A DNA stretch of 60,564 nucleotides from Octopus bimaculoides (lineage: Eukaryota): NCBI RefSeq assembly GCF_001194135.2, contig NC_068981.1:68194575-68255138 (forward strand), in the 5' to 3' direction. The notes beneath the pieces were generated by a model. The model was not told the origin of the DNA. It worked only from the letters and a program-made list of their open reading frames with translations, and made no database searches. Below are positions 36,351-50,160 of the stretch, piece after piece (positions within the stretch are counted from its first letter, which is position 1; every line of letters begins with the position of its first letter). The position numbers were made by a program, and so were the translations under genes.

Positions 36351-37559
36351 ACTCACGTGTATAGGGTTATATGAACCATTAACGTAAAACAATGATACAT
36401 CGGTTTTGTACAGAAATCACATACAATGAAGCTTATCAAATGTGAACACAGCAATTCACTCACTTCTTTGTTAATATTACTAACAGTTGATATAAAGAAA
36501 TCTTTATATAATATTAAAAAAAAAACAACATCTTAATCATCTTTCAATAGCAAATGTAATTTATGACATCAAGTAAAACTATTAAATGCCGACAAGTGAT
36601 GACATAGCTATATATATACCAGATTCAAATCGCTTCCACAAAACAAATCAATAACTGTTTCCATAAAATTATTGACTGCCCAAAAAAGTTTGTAAAATAC
36701 TATACTTGTAAGTTCAAATTGCTATTCCTGGGTGAAGATTCAATTTTTAAGCAATGAAAATCATTTTCAATGCTTGGTACATATACCAAGAAACTCAGGT
36801 GAAATCATCCTTAATTTCCCGTTTCAAAATACAAATTTCCCTTTAGTTAAATATTAATTTAACCAGAGGGAAATTCCATGACCAGAAATGAGAAACAATT
36901 TGTACTGATTAATACGGATGTAATTTATAATTTTGCATAAATATATTTCCTCATTCAGCTATTTATAGCTCTTCATATAAATTATGAACCACGGAATTAT
37001 ATTGCAAGTGGCTTTATATTACCAAGTATTTGTATACTTGACGTTATTCTTTGGCAGAATCAGAATTATGTAATAATCGTGGCTCTTCAGATAACAAGTA
37101 AAGTATACCCATTGAGATTCCATAATTTCTGTCTCCATTATTTCGCTCGGAAAAGGTTTGTCTCAAACTCCAGCAATGTGAAAAAGACACTTGCTTAAGA
37201 TTTCAGGTAGTAGAGGCCAACATTAAGCTTCATGATTGGGAAGCAAAATTCTCCTGCATTCATTTCTGAATGCGTCTAGATTTAGGATATGTATNNNNNN
37301 NNNNTATATATATATATATATATACACGCATAGACATAACCATTTGTCATTCAAACAGAAACAAACACTAACTCACACATACACTCAAATAGATAGCATA
37401 ACAGTATAGTATAACTGTATGAGAATGTGTCTAAAGGTATGTGTCTATATTTATATGTCTGCCTATGCTTATATGTTCTTCTGCGTACGTGTGTATTTAT
37501 TTGGTTTCTAATATTCTTTTTTCCTCCTTCTCATTTTGTTCGTATCTGCTAATGTCTTT

Positions 37560-37730
37560 TAGTGAAAATATTCTTATCTCTCTCTCCTTAAACAAGACAA
37601 TAGAATAAAGTCATAGCATCACCCTGTGATGTTTTGTATACTTCATTGGAAATTGAACAAAACCAAATCAGTGAAAACAATGGAAGCTATTTACGATGAT
37701 AGTTTGCTATCAGAAACTTTGCTCACATAA
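37560..37730 (+). pseudogene. Possible LRR relic
   Basis: LSLLKQDNRIK and SLEIEQNQISE. Confidence 0.3.
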
Positions 37731-37857
37731 TGTATAAGCACACAACGCGTCTACGTACATAATTATGAAAATGATTCTCCTTCACTTTTGTCTTTCTCTA
37801 ACTCAACGCTTTCTCTCTACTGCTAAATACATTAGATACACACACTCTATCATATTT

Positions 37858-37888
<31 letters not shown>

Positions 37889-38059
37889 CTGTATTTATAT
37901 ACATACACAGACACACGTATCTAATATATATATATATATGCATATATACTTATATGTGCGCGCGTGGGTGCGTGCGTATGTATATGGATGTATGAGCTCA
38001 CACATAAACAAAGAATATTTATATTAGTGTACTCCTATATTTACACAAGCAATTGCGTA

Positions 38060-38117
<58 letters not shown>

Positions 38118-38169
38118 TAAAATGGGCTTTTTGTAACAACAAAAGACAGAGAGTGAGAATGAGAAAAGT

Positions 38170-38330
38170 GAGAAAGACTTGCTGCATACAAGGAAGTGTA
38201 AAGCTTGATGTGTGAGAAAGTGAGATAGGAAGATTTACTGTACAAACGATCGATGATTCGAGTAATGTGATTAAATCCAACATTAACGCCTTCATTTACT
38301 TTATATGAAATTTTATGCAACACTGCATTG
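38170..38330 (-). pseudogene. Possible LRR relic
   Basis: VNVGFNHITRIIDRLYSKSSYL within ORF 38117-38389. Confidence 0.35.
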
Positions 38331-38662
38331 CATGTATACGTATTTATATGTATACGGAAACACTTACGTACCCACGAGCATACACACATATATAATGATA
38401 CATATACATTAATTACAAGCTGAAAGTTAAATATTTAATATTGTACACACACACACACACACGCACGGAGGCAAAAACGTGTATGTGTGTACAAACACAC
38501 ACACACACACACACATACGCACACATATATGTTTATATTTATATATACATATACATACATGCATATATATATTTCGTTTTTGGTTTGGTTTGCAAGATTC
38601 TTTATATGAGTTCGTGTGTTGAAGCATATTCTGTTCTGTTTGGGTAGAATCATTCTGTGTTG

Positions 38663-38826
38663 GTGTCTTATAATTTAACACACTCACCGGTAAAGTTTCC
38701 ACTCATTTACTTATTTATTTTTCTTAAATTTTCGTTGCGTATTGTAAGAAGCAAGCGAAATCTGAGATGACTAATTAAGCAAATGAGTGGAGACTTTACC
38801 AATGAGTGTGTTAAATTATAAGACAC
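38663..38826. repeat. Foldback: 51-bp inverted arms, 62-bp spacer
   Basis: 38663-38713 vs 38776-38826, 4 mismatches, all transitions. Confidence 0.9.
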
Positions 38827-39299
38827 AACGGTTCATTCAGCCACGGTAGTGGTTGAATATATTCTTAAGACCACTATTTCGTCAAGCGCACAAGCTTGTA
38901 AGCTTCAACAGTAATGCAGTTTGCATTACTGTTAATAATTTTAAAGAGGACACCTCCTCAGCTACACTTTGGCACAAATAGTTTGGGATTTGGTTCACTA
39001 GAACAAAATTCACATGAAAATATGTTAGACATCTAATGGGCAGTAAGACAGATATTAATCTTCAATTAACATATATATATATATTTAATTTTTAAGTAAA
39101 AGTACAATTTTCTTAGGTTTAAATGATAGAAACATGCATGTTGAATTCAGAACCGTTTGTCGCATTTAAGAAAAATTAGTAGAAACACAGTTATGAGGTA
39201 AAATGTTACGAACTTTAATTTCAGTAAGTAAGGAAATAAGATGTAACGCTTAAGCAAGAAGAATAAAGATTATATTTCTAAGATGAAAGCATACATGCT

Positions 39300-39745
39300 A
39301 AGACGGCGAGCTGGCAGAAACATTAGCGCGCCGGGCAAAATGCTTAACGGTACTTCGTCTGTCTATATAAATTTGAGTTCAAATTTCGCCGAGGTCAACT
39401 TTGATGTACAAATTGTTTAATTATTATTTTTTTAACAAAACACTTTCAAACTTCCGATACTGGTAGTTTATGTCATACAGAACAGGGTTTATTCTTAACG
39501 TTTGTGACACATTTTATATTTTAGAAGCGGTATTAAGACTGTCTATAGGTTCTGAGTTCAAAATCCGCCTATGTCGGTTTTGCCTTTCATTCATTTGGGA
39601 TCTATTCAATTAAACGTACAGATTATTAAATTAATTTGTTTAACTAAACACTTTCAAACTTCCAATATTGGTAGAATGTGTCACATAGAACAGTGTTTAC
39701 TCTTAACGTTTTTGACGAAAATTTGTATTTTAGAAGTTGTATTTC
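39300..39745 (+). mobile_element. SINE family B head with a tandem duplication of SINE middle plus adjacent DNA
   Basis: Head at 39300-39404. Units ~39360-39539 and ~39540-39745 share tgtctata..gagttcaaa and aaacactttcaaacttcc..ttttagaag. Confidence 0.7.
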
Positions 39746-40439
39746 GTCAGACGTTACAGACTGAAAATGGACAAATTCGTGTTTGATAAGTGACAATACA
39801 CGAAGCTCTCTGCTTTTGACCTATTTTCTAACTTCTGCCGATGATATATATATATATATGTGTAAAAAGATCTCATCACTCAATCAAACCAATAAAAGAG
39901 CCTCTACCTGATCGCTCGACATGCTAAAAATAGCAACCAAAATATCCCCTACCTAAACCACACGCCCGTTGTATGTAATGTCCTATATTATCTTTAAAAA
40001 GACGGTTTGATGAATGCTGGAATGTCTTTGATGATACGTTTGCAGTATCAGGATTGATTTGAGGATAAATAACAACATTATGGTCAATTTCTCTATTAAC
40101 ACCTGCACGATTTTCACTTAGTAAAAAAAAAAAAAAAATTATATGCGTGGAATCAAGTTCCGGATCTCCTAATATGCTGAAAACCCTTCATTTTCGTTCG
40201 GAAAACATAAGGTGGGTGTCCCCACCAATATCAGCATCATTGGAATTTTTTTCGGTGAATTAATTCCTGTGACCTCCTAATATTGCGAAATTAGGTTACT
40301 TATGGTGAGCCTGGTAAATGATGGTTTTGGGTGTTTTGCTATTTGTAACTTTTTGTGAGCCATGTATACAACCAAAAACATGGTAAAAATCCCTGCCATT
40401 AATTTGGTGTGGATCGAATAGGTGGCTACGCGAAGCCGC

Positions 40440-40900
40440 TTAGGACTCTGGTCAATCGCTAACTTGAGAGCGTTGCTGCTGGAAGGCCTAATGTGTGGAG
40501 GTAGGTGTCGTCTCCCAGCAATTCCTCTGAAAAGAGTTAGTGATGGTTGTCTTAAAATTCCAATAATTCCGACAGCCCCAAGGAATTAATAGTAGTTGTC
40601 CTAAAATTTCTATAATTTCGTCAGCCCTATGGAGTTATTAGTGGTTATCATATAATTTCTACAACTCCACCAGCCCTAATTTCTATTCCCCTACCTCACC
40701 CGCTTGTAATCCCATGAATTACTATGTCTGGGACACGGTTGGTAAAGACACCATCCCCTCTAAATGCTGGACCAGGGTCAATCTGGGGGCCAAAATCAAG
40801 GATGTGTTCAATGTTTGTCCCTATGGCATAACGACGAATGTATGCGCAAGCTTCTGGAGCTGTTGCAAGCTGAGGTTGCCCCACTAATTATGCTGTTCTT
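40440..40900 (+). mobile_element. Degenerate maT-type transposase remnant with an internal 49-bp triplication
   Basis: LESVAAGRPNVW..; WLSYNFYNSTSPN..SPACNPMNYYVWDTVGKDT..KIKDVF..VCASF. Repeat units start at 40544, 40593 and 40642. Confidence 0.78.
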
Positions 40901-43599
40901 TCCCAAATATAATATTGACGATATCTGCTTGATATTTCAAAATAATGTTATTTTTGCATGGACTATTTTATTTTATTTTCCTTCTCATATTTCCTCTCTG
41001 CGTGGTCAATAAATCGTACTAGTAAAGTAGTTGGTCCAGTGTATCCTAACTGACTCCATCCGCTCAAAATTTCTGGATTTGTGCTTAAATTAGAAAGGAT
41101 TGTTCAATGCAATGAGCTGACACGGCTGTTGTATTGACAGAATATTCAATTTGTGTTGTTGTTGTTACGATATTTTACATTCCATGTTGAAATACCACCC
41201 TGATCAATTTGCTAGTATCTTTTGGGGATCGGTAAACAAGTGTTCCATGACTTCCATGGTATCGTCTGATCATTTCCTCTCAAAATTGTGCTAAAGCAGA
41301 AACCATTATTAATGTTATTTCAAACTTCATCTGTACGTATCATACTTGACGCATACACACCGATGGCAGTCATAATTGTAAGGGCTTTCTGAAAGAAAAA
41401 AATACCTTTATAGATATTCTGTGTTAAAAATGAAATATTCATTGGAAAGAGAGGAACAACTTTCCAGCAGCGACCGTCAGAAGCGTTTGGCTCTTTTTGG
41501 AATTGTTAAAGGTGTGTATTTGTCGTTACATAGCTATACAAAATTTGTAACCTCTGAACTAGATAATATGTGATGGCCCGTATCAATATAAACAGACGAC
41601 GTTACCGTCATACAGTCCTACATCAGGTGCATCAACATAAAAGGTACTACTTAAAATGATTACGAAAATGGGGAAATGATCACCCAAGTAAATTCCGTGC
41701 TATTGCAGTTCAGTGCATGGAGAGATGCTGTCCATCAGTATCATAGTGTGTGGGATGGGCGGAATATTGTAATTGCTCGGAACTGGTTTTGGTCCATATC
41801 TCAAAATGGGGAAGTGCTAAGAAGAGATAACAAGCAAACTGGGTAATCTTCCCAGAAATGATGCAACACAGTGCATCATTTCATCTGCCCGATGAAAGGT
41901 CGGGCAGGGAAGTGGAAGCTTTGATCGCTACCGGCGTGCCTGACCATCATACCTTGTCCCAGTTCACATCTCATTGTGCAGAATTATCCGATATTATGCT
42001 CTCTGTGGAAAGGACTCATTTCACTGGCTAGGAACTCCATTTGTAGTAAACACGCATAGATTAGAGGAATACGAATCCCGTGACTGACGGTGCAAACACA
42101 CACACACATGCATTAAAACTGTAACATCTCTAGCGTTTCTTTGACAGTGAGCAGAGAGACGATAAAATAAAGTACCACCAAGCCCCGGATGGATATAATC
42201 GATGTCTCCTCGTCAAAACAGCTGGCCTTGTGCAAATATTAAAAATAATAATTATTAACATTAAGGTGGTGAGATGGAAGATTTCTGAGATTGTTGAAGA
42301 TAATTCCTTATTTTATTTATTATGCCACTTTACGTTTTCAGATCCAATCCCACCTAGGTTTGCTTTTCCCTTTCGACTTTCAGAGATCGAGAAAATAAAT
42401 ATCAGTCACGTAACTAACATCAGCCAAGTTTTGGTGATGTCCATTAAATCTCTCCCATCAAAAGTCGCTGGTCTTGTGCTTAAGCCAGAACCCATTACAC
42501 AATTCGGGCTCTTAATGCCGTATGTTCAATCCCGCCTAGTTTAATATTTGCCTCTCATTCTTTCAGTTACCTTAAGATAAAAACACCAGTGTAAGACCTA
42601 GAAACGAACGTATCAATTTGCCCATATTGTCAATTTTATTGCTTTGTATATAAAATAGAAATCATTATTATTATCGAGATTGTTTCCTGTGTATAAAAGT
42701 ATAGTCTGGAGTATAATTGTCGTCAACATGTAATTACGATCGGATGTTGAAAACCCATAATTCTAGTGACCACATATACCGGCAGATAAGGAGGAAAAAC
42801 AATCTATATAAGAAACAATCAGAATTTTCCTTGCAGATTCTTGAGTGATGTGTTGAAAAATTTACGTACGGGAATTGGTTGTTGATTATGTTGTCATACG
42901 TGGAGATAATTACTGCATGAACTAAATATTTATATGTGTTCTTTACATATAGTGGAAATTCGTCTGGTTAATTACTACATACATGTTGCGGGTGTAAAAT
43001 TTGGCACAGAGCAATATTATCAATTAACTTGAAACTAACACAAAGAATTTTATGTATTACTTCAATTAAACAATTTCACTATACTGTTATTCATAATTTA
43101 GTGTAACGTTTTATAGGTAGCAGTCTACAATAACTACTACAACATTGTTAATGACTCGTATTAAATCTCGCTTATGTTCTGAACTTTTGAGGGGAAACTA
43201 CCAGTCAAGAACTGGAATCGATATAACGAACTTCGGGACTTTGCTATATCAACCCCGAAATGAGGAAGTTTTGATATTGATGGGATTTGAACTCAAAAGG
43301 ATTACGCGCTAAAGATTCTGCACGACATTTTGTCACTTATAAAAGCAATATTTTACCTTTATTTAATATCATATAATCATGAGAACAGCAGCAATCTATT
43401 CCCTTGTCAGGTAAACGAAGTCTGGTCTCAGAAGGCAGGAATTTCTCCTTCAACCATAGAAATTTGTACAATTCTTGAAAAAAAATCATCTCTGTGACAT
43501 GTGTTTAATCGTGTAAATGATTAAATTTATTTATCACTAATGAGAATTATTTTCTTGAATTGATTCGAAACATGTTTAATCTTCTCAATTTCAACTCCA

Positions 43600-45560
43600 A
43601 ATATTCGTTTAATTAGTGGTTATAATTTTAAAGATCCAAAGTTCCGTGAACTCTCACTAAAACTGTACTGATTTAGTAATGAAACAAATTTCGTGGTAAG
43701 ACAAGCATTTCTGCGTTTAAAATTTTACTTTGTATGTTTCATTTTTGAATTCGCGGTTTAATTTTATGACTATATTCCCCCCTGGTTATGCCATGTCTTA
43801 GAATATTATACGCCTTGCCTTTTTAGAAACTTCGCTAATGTTCCTAAGAAGTTGAGCATCAATGTTGAGTAGATGTATATACTAATATTCTTCTGGTATG
43901 TTTATAGAGTAACCAAATATATATTTTTTGTATTCACTTTTGTACATATTCAGATTTATGTAAGAAATGTTCGTGGCTTCAAATGTGTCCCAGAAACAAA
44001 ATGTTCTGCGCCATGTACACCACCTCTTTATATTCTAATTTCAAATTCGGCAGATGTCAACATTGCCTTTTATCATTTCGGGGTCTATAAAACAACGTAC
44101 CGATAAAGTATTAGAGTGGAATCTCTAGACTACATCCCCACCTAAAAATTAATGGTACCTGGTGTAAATATAAAACAGTTACTCCTTTGAGTCTCAAGGT
44201 ATTTGATTTTAGATTCAATAATGCATCATTTAAAATGTTTCACTCTGTTTAGATTCATTCATTTTTATTCTAATGTCAAATACTAATGGGAAAGACGTGA
44301 CTTGTTACTATTGTACATTGGATAAAAAGAATGAAATCCTGGCAAATATCAATTTCTCGTAAATCAATTATAAGATATGAATGTGTGACTATGATTAAAA
44401 AAATTATACTTCTTAGCATTAAAGCGGTGGGCTAGCAAAATCGTTAGCACGCTAAGCATGGTGCTTAGCGGAATTCTGTTCGCCTTCGCAATCTGCAATT
44501 AGGTTCCATCGAGATCGAGTTTACCGTTTATCCTTTTGATGTCAGTAAAATAAGTACCGTTTGAATACTTAGGTGGATATAATGGAATCAACCTATCACA
44601 CAAATCGATGGCCTTGTGCCAAAATTTAAAACTATTATTTCCTACCATTAAGGCGGCGAGATGGCAGAAACGTTAGTACAATGGACGAAATACTTAGCGG
44701 TATTTCGTCTGCCGTTACGTTCTGAGTTCAAATTCCGCCGAGGTCAACTTTGCCTTTCATCCTTTCAGGGTCTATAAATTAAGTACCAGTTACGCATTGG
44801 GGTCGATGTAATCGACTTAACCCCTTTGTCTGTCCTTGTTTGTCCCCTCCATGTTTAGCCCCTTGTGGGAAATAAAGAAATAAGAATCCTTACTGCACCG
44901 GAAAAAATGCTTAGCTGCATCTCTTCCGATTTTACGGTCTGAGTAGCAGTTGTGCACTAGTATTCTTGTAATCGACTTGTACCCTCTCTCACGATTGCTG
45001 GTCTTGCACCAAAATTTGAAAGCAATATTTCTTACTATTAATAGAAATACTTTATTTTAATTATTATATTGGTGATGATATCCAGTAGAACGAAAGTACT
45101 GCCATAATGCCCCTTCACCTTATTTTACTTCTACTGACACATTTCTTGCATTTTAATTAAGTCGGCTTAAAGAAACTAAAAAAAAAACTAAATAATCGAT
45201 TGAGCCTTTCCGCAATTGTTATTTGTTCTAGTCTGGACATTATTTTAAAGTACACATAACTTTAATTAACAGAATGAATACGTCTATCAAAGCGAATTTT
45301 ATCTGCCACGGTCTTAAGGGGATAAAAATACGATTCTGTTTTACTTAGTGATTCATATTTTATTATTTATCATCGGAAATATTTTCAGACCTACTTCGAT
45401 TCTGTTGTCTAAAGCTAATATTTTTCTACACTTTAAATTAATACCTAATATATTTTGTTTTAAAATCGTAGGTTTCTCAGTTAGGTGGGTGAACTATGAT
45501 ATCAGATTTGAAAATATTATATACGGAGTATTACAGCCAGGGATATATGGAAACTGATAA
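43600..45560 (+). pseudogene. Most complete TLR-like relic (LRRCT - LRRNT - LRRs - LRRCT - [SINE trio] - TIR)
   Basis: PPWLCH (43777-43794); FKCVPETKCSAPC (~43978-44016); SLDYIPP; VFDFRFNN; NINFS..*MCD (~44350-44390); then EYVYQ..LPR, IYHRKYF and FSVRWVNYD (~45260-45505), resembling the TIR motifs C.H.RDF and S.WC.YE. Confidence 0.55.
44420..45030 (+). mobile_element. Three head-to-tail SINE family B copies
   Basis: Copies at ~44420-44640 (diverged), 44650-44885 (closest to consensus) and ~44890-45030 (deleted). Confidence 0.85.
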
Positions 45561-46327
45561 AGGAATTACACACAAGCACACGCACACACACGCACACACA
45601 CACCCAAACACACAGATTTTATAGAAAAACATATATGTGTGTGCGTGTGTGTATACATACGTACGCACATATGCGTGTCTTTTTGTGTAGTTAATAACGA
45701 TTGAGATGTAAATTAAAGTAGAACAAAATTATTTCAGCCGAATGCGATATTCATTGATGTTTACAAGGAAAAGATGAGAGTTACTCGGCTCATTTGTTGT
45801 CGGACCCTACTATCAGCCTACCTAACTTACTATACATTTAACGCCCCACGTATACGAATTTTTACTCACACACATACTCAACACATATATCATCCACGAA
45901 CACATACGCAACCACACTTCGCCCTACCCTCCCCCATAAATTTAACTTGCACACGTATATACACATATAAGTAAACGTGTATTCATATACATGTTTTCTC
46001 CTTTTTGCATATATAGAAAATATATGTGCGTTTTCCGGCACACATATACATGCAAACCTATTTTCCCACATGTACGTGCAGACACATGCCTCGAATAACA
46101 CTCAAACGTACCTCTTCGAACTATACTGCGACTTGAGAACCACATGCCACATTCTTCCTTTATACGAGCATATAAGCCTATATACATACGCCGATGCAAG
46201 GCTTTGGTCAGTCTGGAGTTGTAACACAAAATCTGCCCAAAGTGGCATGCAGTGGGAGTGCACACAAAGCTATATGACTGGGATGCAATTGTTTTCCATA
46301 GAGACACGCCAGTGTATGCATATGTGA

Positions 46328-46361
<34 letters not shown>

Positions 46362-46539
46362 ACGTTTGTATGCACATGCAATCCTTACTCTATACTTTAA
46401 AATAATTTATGTATCGCTGAGAACTTGGCCTTTATATTTACAAAAGACTTAAGAATTATGGTATAGGTAAAACGTATCTTTGGAACGCAATATGACTCAC
46501 TTTTCCCAAGTATTAAGTTCGGAAACAAAATTAATTTAT

Positions 46540-46800
46540 TTCATTTTCTCATTTGATTTACTAAATACGAATCTGCTGAGTAAGCTTGGTATGAATTTTT
46601 AATGCATACAGGTGCGAGCAGTTTTTGAATATGTTGGCTGTAGTTTAAAGACATTAAGAATTTTATATAATTATGAATACATGATATTTACAATGATTGA
46701 CTTACAGATAGATTTTTTAAGATATCTCCGGTTGCAAGTCTAGATTTTGAAAAAAATATAATTGAATATTTAATACATTTTTCATTAAATATCAGGCTAG
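46540..46800 (+). pseudogene. LRR relic
   Basis: AVFEYVGCSLKTLRILYNY; DFLRYL; SLDFEKNIIEYL. Confidence 0.45.
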
Positions 46801-46899
46801 TTTTTGCTTTCCATATGCCATATCTGATACTAAACATTTCGCGTTTTCTATTATAATCTATCCTTGCTTCTTGTTAGTATATTTGATGCATTCCCCAGC

Positions 46900-47440
46900 C
46901 TTTTACCTTTTTCAATATATTTCAGAAATTTGCAGTTGGGTTTTCTGTACATGTAACTAAACAATGTTTTCCTTAATTCTCTGTCAAATCAAACTAAACA
47001 GCGCGGCTTGTATCATTCTCAACTGCCCTCAGTATATGCTAATCCATAGTACTGGGACGTAGGTAATTACGTTGACGAAAACAGTGGAGGGTGAAGTTGT
47101 AGATATTCTCCGATAATAACTGTCTCTTTCCAGAGATACGGCAAAGTGACTAATACATACATGGCTTTCCATCTGCACCGCTCTCCAACATGGGTTTGAC
47201 TACAGTCTTCAGAATCAATTCAAAGTTAGTTGTAGGGCGGAATTACTTCACTCTCTCTGCAGAGACCACCCAAGCAACATCGGTGGATGGCGTGGACTTT
47301 GAATTCATGATACGCGGGTCATCACATGGATTTTAAGCAAGGCACCTGCTGTGTAACTTGTTCTTGCATCCTGTACAATTTTTCGCAAGGGCTCATTGAA
47401 CAGGAGTCATGGTGCCGGCGTTTTGATACCCGGGGCAAAA
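46900..47440 (-). mobile_element. Degenerate maT-type transposase remnant
   Basis: Minus strand: NPCDDPRIMNSK..; LKTVVKPMLESGADGKP..LSENIYNFT..PSTMD*HILRAVENDTSR. Confidence 0.7.
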
Positions 47441-47605
47441 CATCATGATACAGAATGGAGAAAAAAACTTTTTTTGGTGTGTGTGTGNNNNNNNNNNNNN
47501 NNNNNNNNNNNNNNNNNNNNNNNNNNNNNNNNNNGGGGGGGAGGGGATTCATGAACATAATTTTCACTTAGTTACGTTTCATTAACGTACTTGATAAGTA
47601 TCTAA

Positions 47606-47792
47606 GGGCGGCTAGCTGGTAGAAACGTTAGCGGTATTCGTCTCTCTTTACGTTCAAATTCCGCTGAAGTCGATTTTGCCTTTCATCCTTTCAGGGTCGA
47701 TAAACTAAGTACCAATTGTGTTCTGAGGTCGATCTAATTGACTGGCTCCATCCCTCAAAATTTCGGGTCTTGTGCCTAGAGTAGAAAAGAAT
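47606..47792 (+). mobile_element. SINE family B (internally deleted)
   Basis: ggcggctagctggtagaaacgttagcggtattcgtc..ttcaaattccgctgaagtcgattttgcctttcatcc.. Confidence 0.8.
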
Positions 47793-47869
47793 ATGTGATA
47801 AGTGCCTGGAATGCGCTGTAAATGTTTCCAAAACGACAAATGTGTGTTTCATTGTCACTTGTGAATATT

Positions 47870-48480
47870 TATTAATTAGGCATCAACATGCGTAAAATTT
47901 GCAGCATTACCTGTGAATTTTTAGCGAAAAGATATTTGGAATCCAACACGGCCTGAACCTTTCCACGTGAATTCTGGTTTGGAATATCAGGTATTGTTTG
48001 TTTCGTTGTGTTTTTTTTTTTTGCAAGGTAACATGCTACTGCAGTATCCAGTACGAAACACATAGATCTTCCATTTAGTTACTCTAAAGAGCTGTGCATT
48101 ATTGTTTTGACTTCCCATCATGTGACAAATTTCGATTTGTTTTTCAACACAATTTAGTTGTTCCGAGAATTTTCACTCGACATTTCCTTGCTGGTATCTT
48201 TATTGCGTGCTTTCACTCAACAGAACTCATCTTTTTCGTGCCATGGGTATGTTCATTATTTATTTATCATATTGAATGTAATGAAGGTAATTTTAGCTGC
48301 ATTACTGAATAGTGCTATTTTCTTTATGCATACGTACGCTTTTAGCTTTTTAGCGTTTGCATTTTTTTAAAAAATATAATCCTTGAAGTAATTGTTATTA
48401 TAGACATTATATGTATTTTACGTTGTCCTATTCCCTATAGCTGAATATTCAAATATTCACATTATCATAATTTCTACCTC
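47870..48480 (-). pseudogene. Possible TLR-like relic
   Basis: Minus strand: NVYNNN, KMQTLKS, YPWH, TIPDIP, YLFAKN. Confidence 0.35.
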
Positions 48481-48521
48481 TAGTTTAGAAATATTTTCTT
48501 CAATTAATATTAAAACATTAA

Positions 48522-48935
48522 GAGGCGGAGAGCTGGCAGAAACGTTAGCACGCCGTGCAAAATGTTTAGCAGTTTTTCGGCTGTTATTACGTACTTGGTT
48601 CCAGTTCTGCCGAGGTCGACTTTGCCTGTCATCCTTCAGGGGTCGATAAATTAGGTAACAGTTGCGTAGTGATGTCGATCTAATCGACTGGCCCCATCCC
48701 CCCAAATTTCGGGCCATGTAGAAAAGAATATTAAAACATTGAAATTCGGAGCGCTGGTAAATTGTTTACCGGCATTTTGACTTTCTGTTACAATTGAAAG
48801 TGCCGTCAGGATCGACTTTGCCTTTCGTCTTTTTAGGGTCAATAAAATAATTACCTGTCACTCACTGTGGTCAGTCGAATGGATTGCTCCTCCCCTGACA
48901 TGACTGGCTTTGTGGCAAAATTTGAAACCAATATT
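48522..48935 (+). mobile_element. Two tandem SINE family B copies
   Basis: Near-full copy at 48522-48730, then a 5'-decayed copy at ~48745-48935. Confidence 0.8.
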
Positions 48936-49407
48936 AAAACTTTAAAATGTCCCTTTCACTATTCTTTTATAAATAACGCCTGTACTATATCAATTGACAA
49001 TTTTCATTGCGGCGCTTGTCTGTAGATAATATTCTGTAGGTTTCATTTATATAATAATATTATTGGAGTTATCATCTCCATTATTCCTGGATTAGAAATA
49101 CATATAGAGACTGGTTTCATAAAATAATGTGCAATGAAATGTATTCTAGAATAAACCTCTGAATATTTAAAAATCATACTGCTGCCTTTTTTCAATGAAG
49201 TGGCTACTTGTTATTTTATTGGTGATTTATAGGTTTTTATGAGAGGCTATATATATATATATATATACATATATATACATACGTATATATGTATATATAT
49301 TTGCATATATATGTATATATGTATATATATATATGCATATATATATGTATATATGTATATATATGCATATATATATGTATATATGTAAATAGATATGCAT
49401 ATATATG

Positions 49408-49519
<112 letters not shown>

Positions 49520-49699
49520 ATTCCAATTTAATCAGTTATTTGTCAACCGATGAATAGGTCTCAAAAGAAATATCCCATACAGCATATTAAAATTCGCATA
49601 TGATTGGCCGGAATCACCCCACGTCGATTATTCTTTTTACCGTACTTTCATATTTGTAACTTAGTAATGTAACGCATGTTACTAAATATAATTTCCATT

Positions 49700-50160
49700 T
49701 TGCTATTGATTCTCATACTTCATTGCCTGTTTTCTGTCACATCTTCTCAAGACTTTATTGTCTACACAATCCTTAATTCTTAAGTGCATATATATTTATT
49801 CTAATTTAGATGATATTCTTGACTCATCCGCCATGAATAATGTTATGAACTACATTATAGTGCCCATATCTACAGAGAAAGCATGTTTTGATAGCGTCAC
49901 TGATTATTTATTTTCAGTGGATGTTATAACAATAAAGAATATGAATATTCATATTGAACACTCTCCGTCGTTTTAAAAACAGACCATCTTGAGCATTTTA
50001 ACCCTCCCATTTTACTTCCATTCCATATTCAAGAATTGCCATCTTTAGAGTTTTATAGTCTTAAGTGCATCGAATATTTCCTATCAATCTTATATTTGTT
50101 TCTATTCTATTTATTCTGATCTATTCGTTAGGATTCCGTGACTTTTCATATGGTTATACA
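49700..50160 (-). pseudogene. LRR relic
   Basis: Minus strand: IDQNK, EIFDALKTIKL, TENK*SVTLSKHAFS, NVVHNII, SKLE*IYMH. Confidence 0.4.

Noticed and set aside
41885-41908. Hairpin ctgcccga-tgaaagg-tcgggcag as a SECIS or ribozyme
   Set aside because: It lacks the AUGA/GA quartet geometry and a hammerhead core; an 8-bp stem alone is weak evidence.
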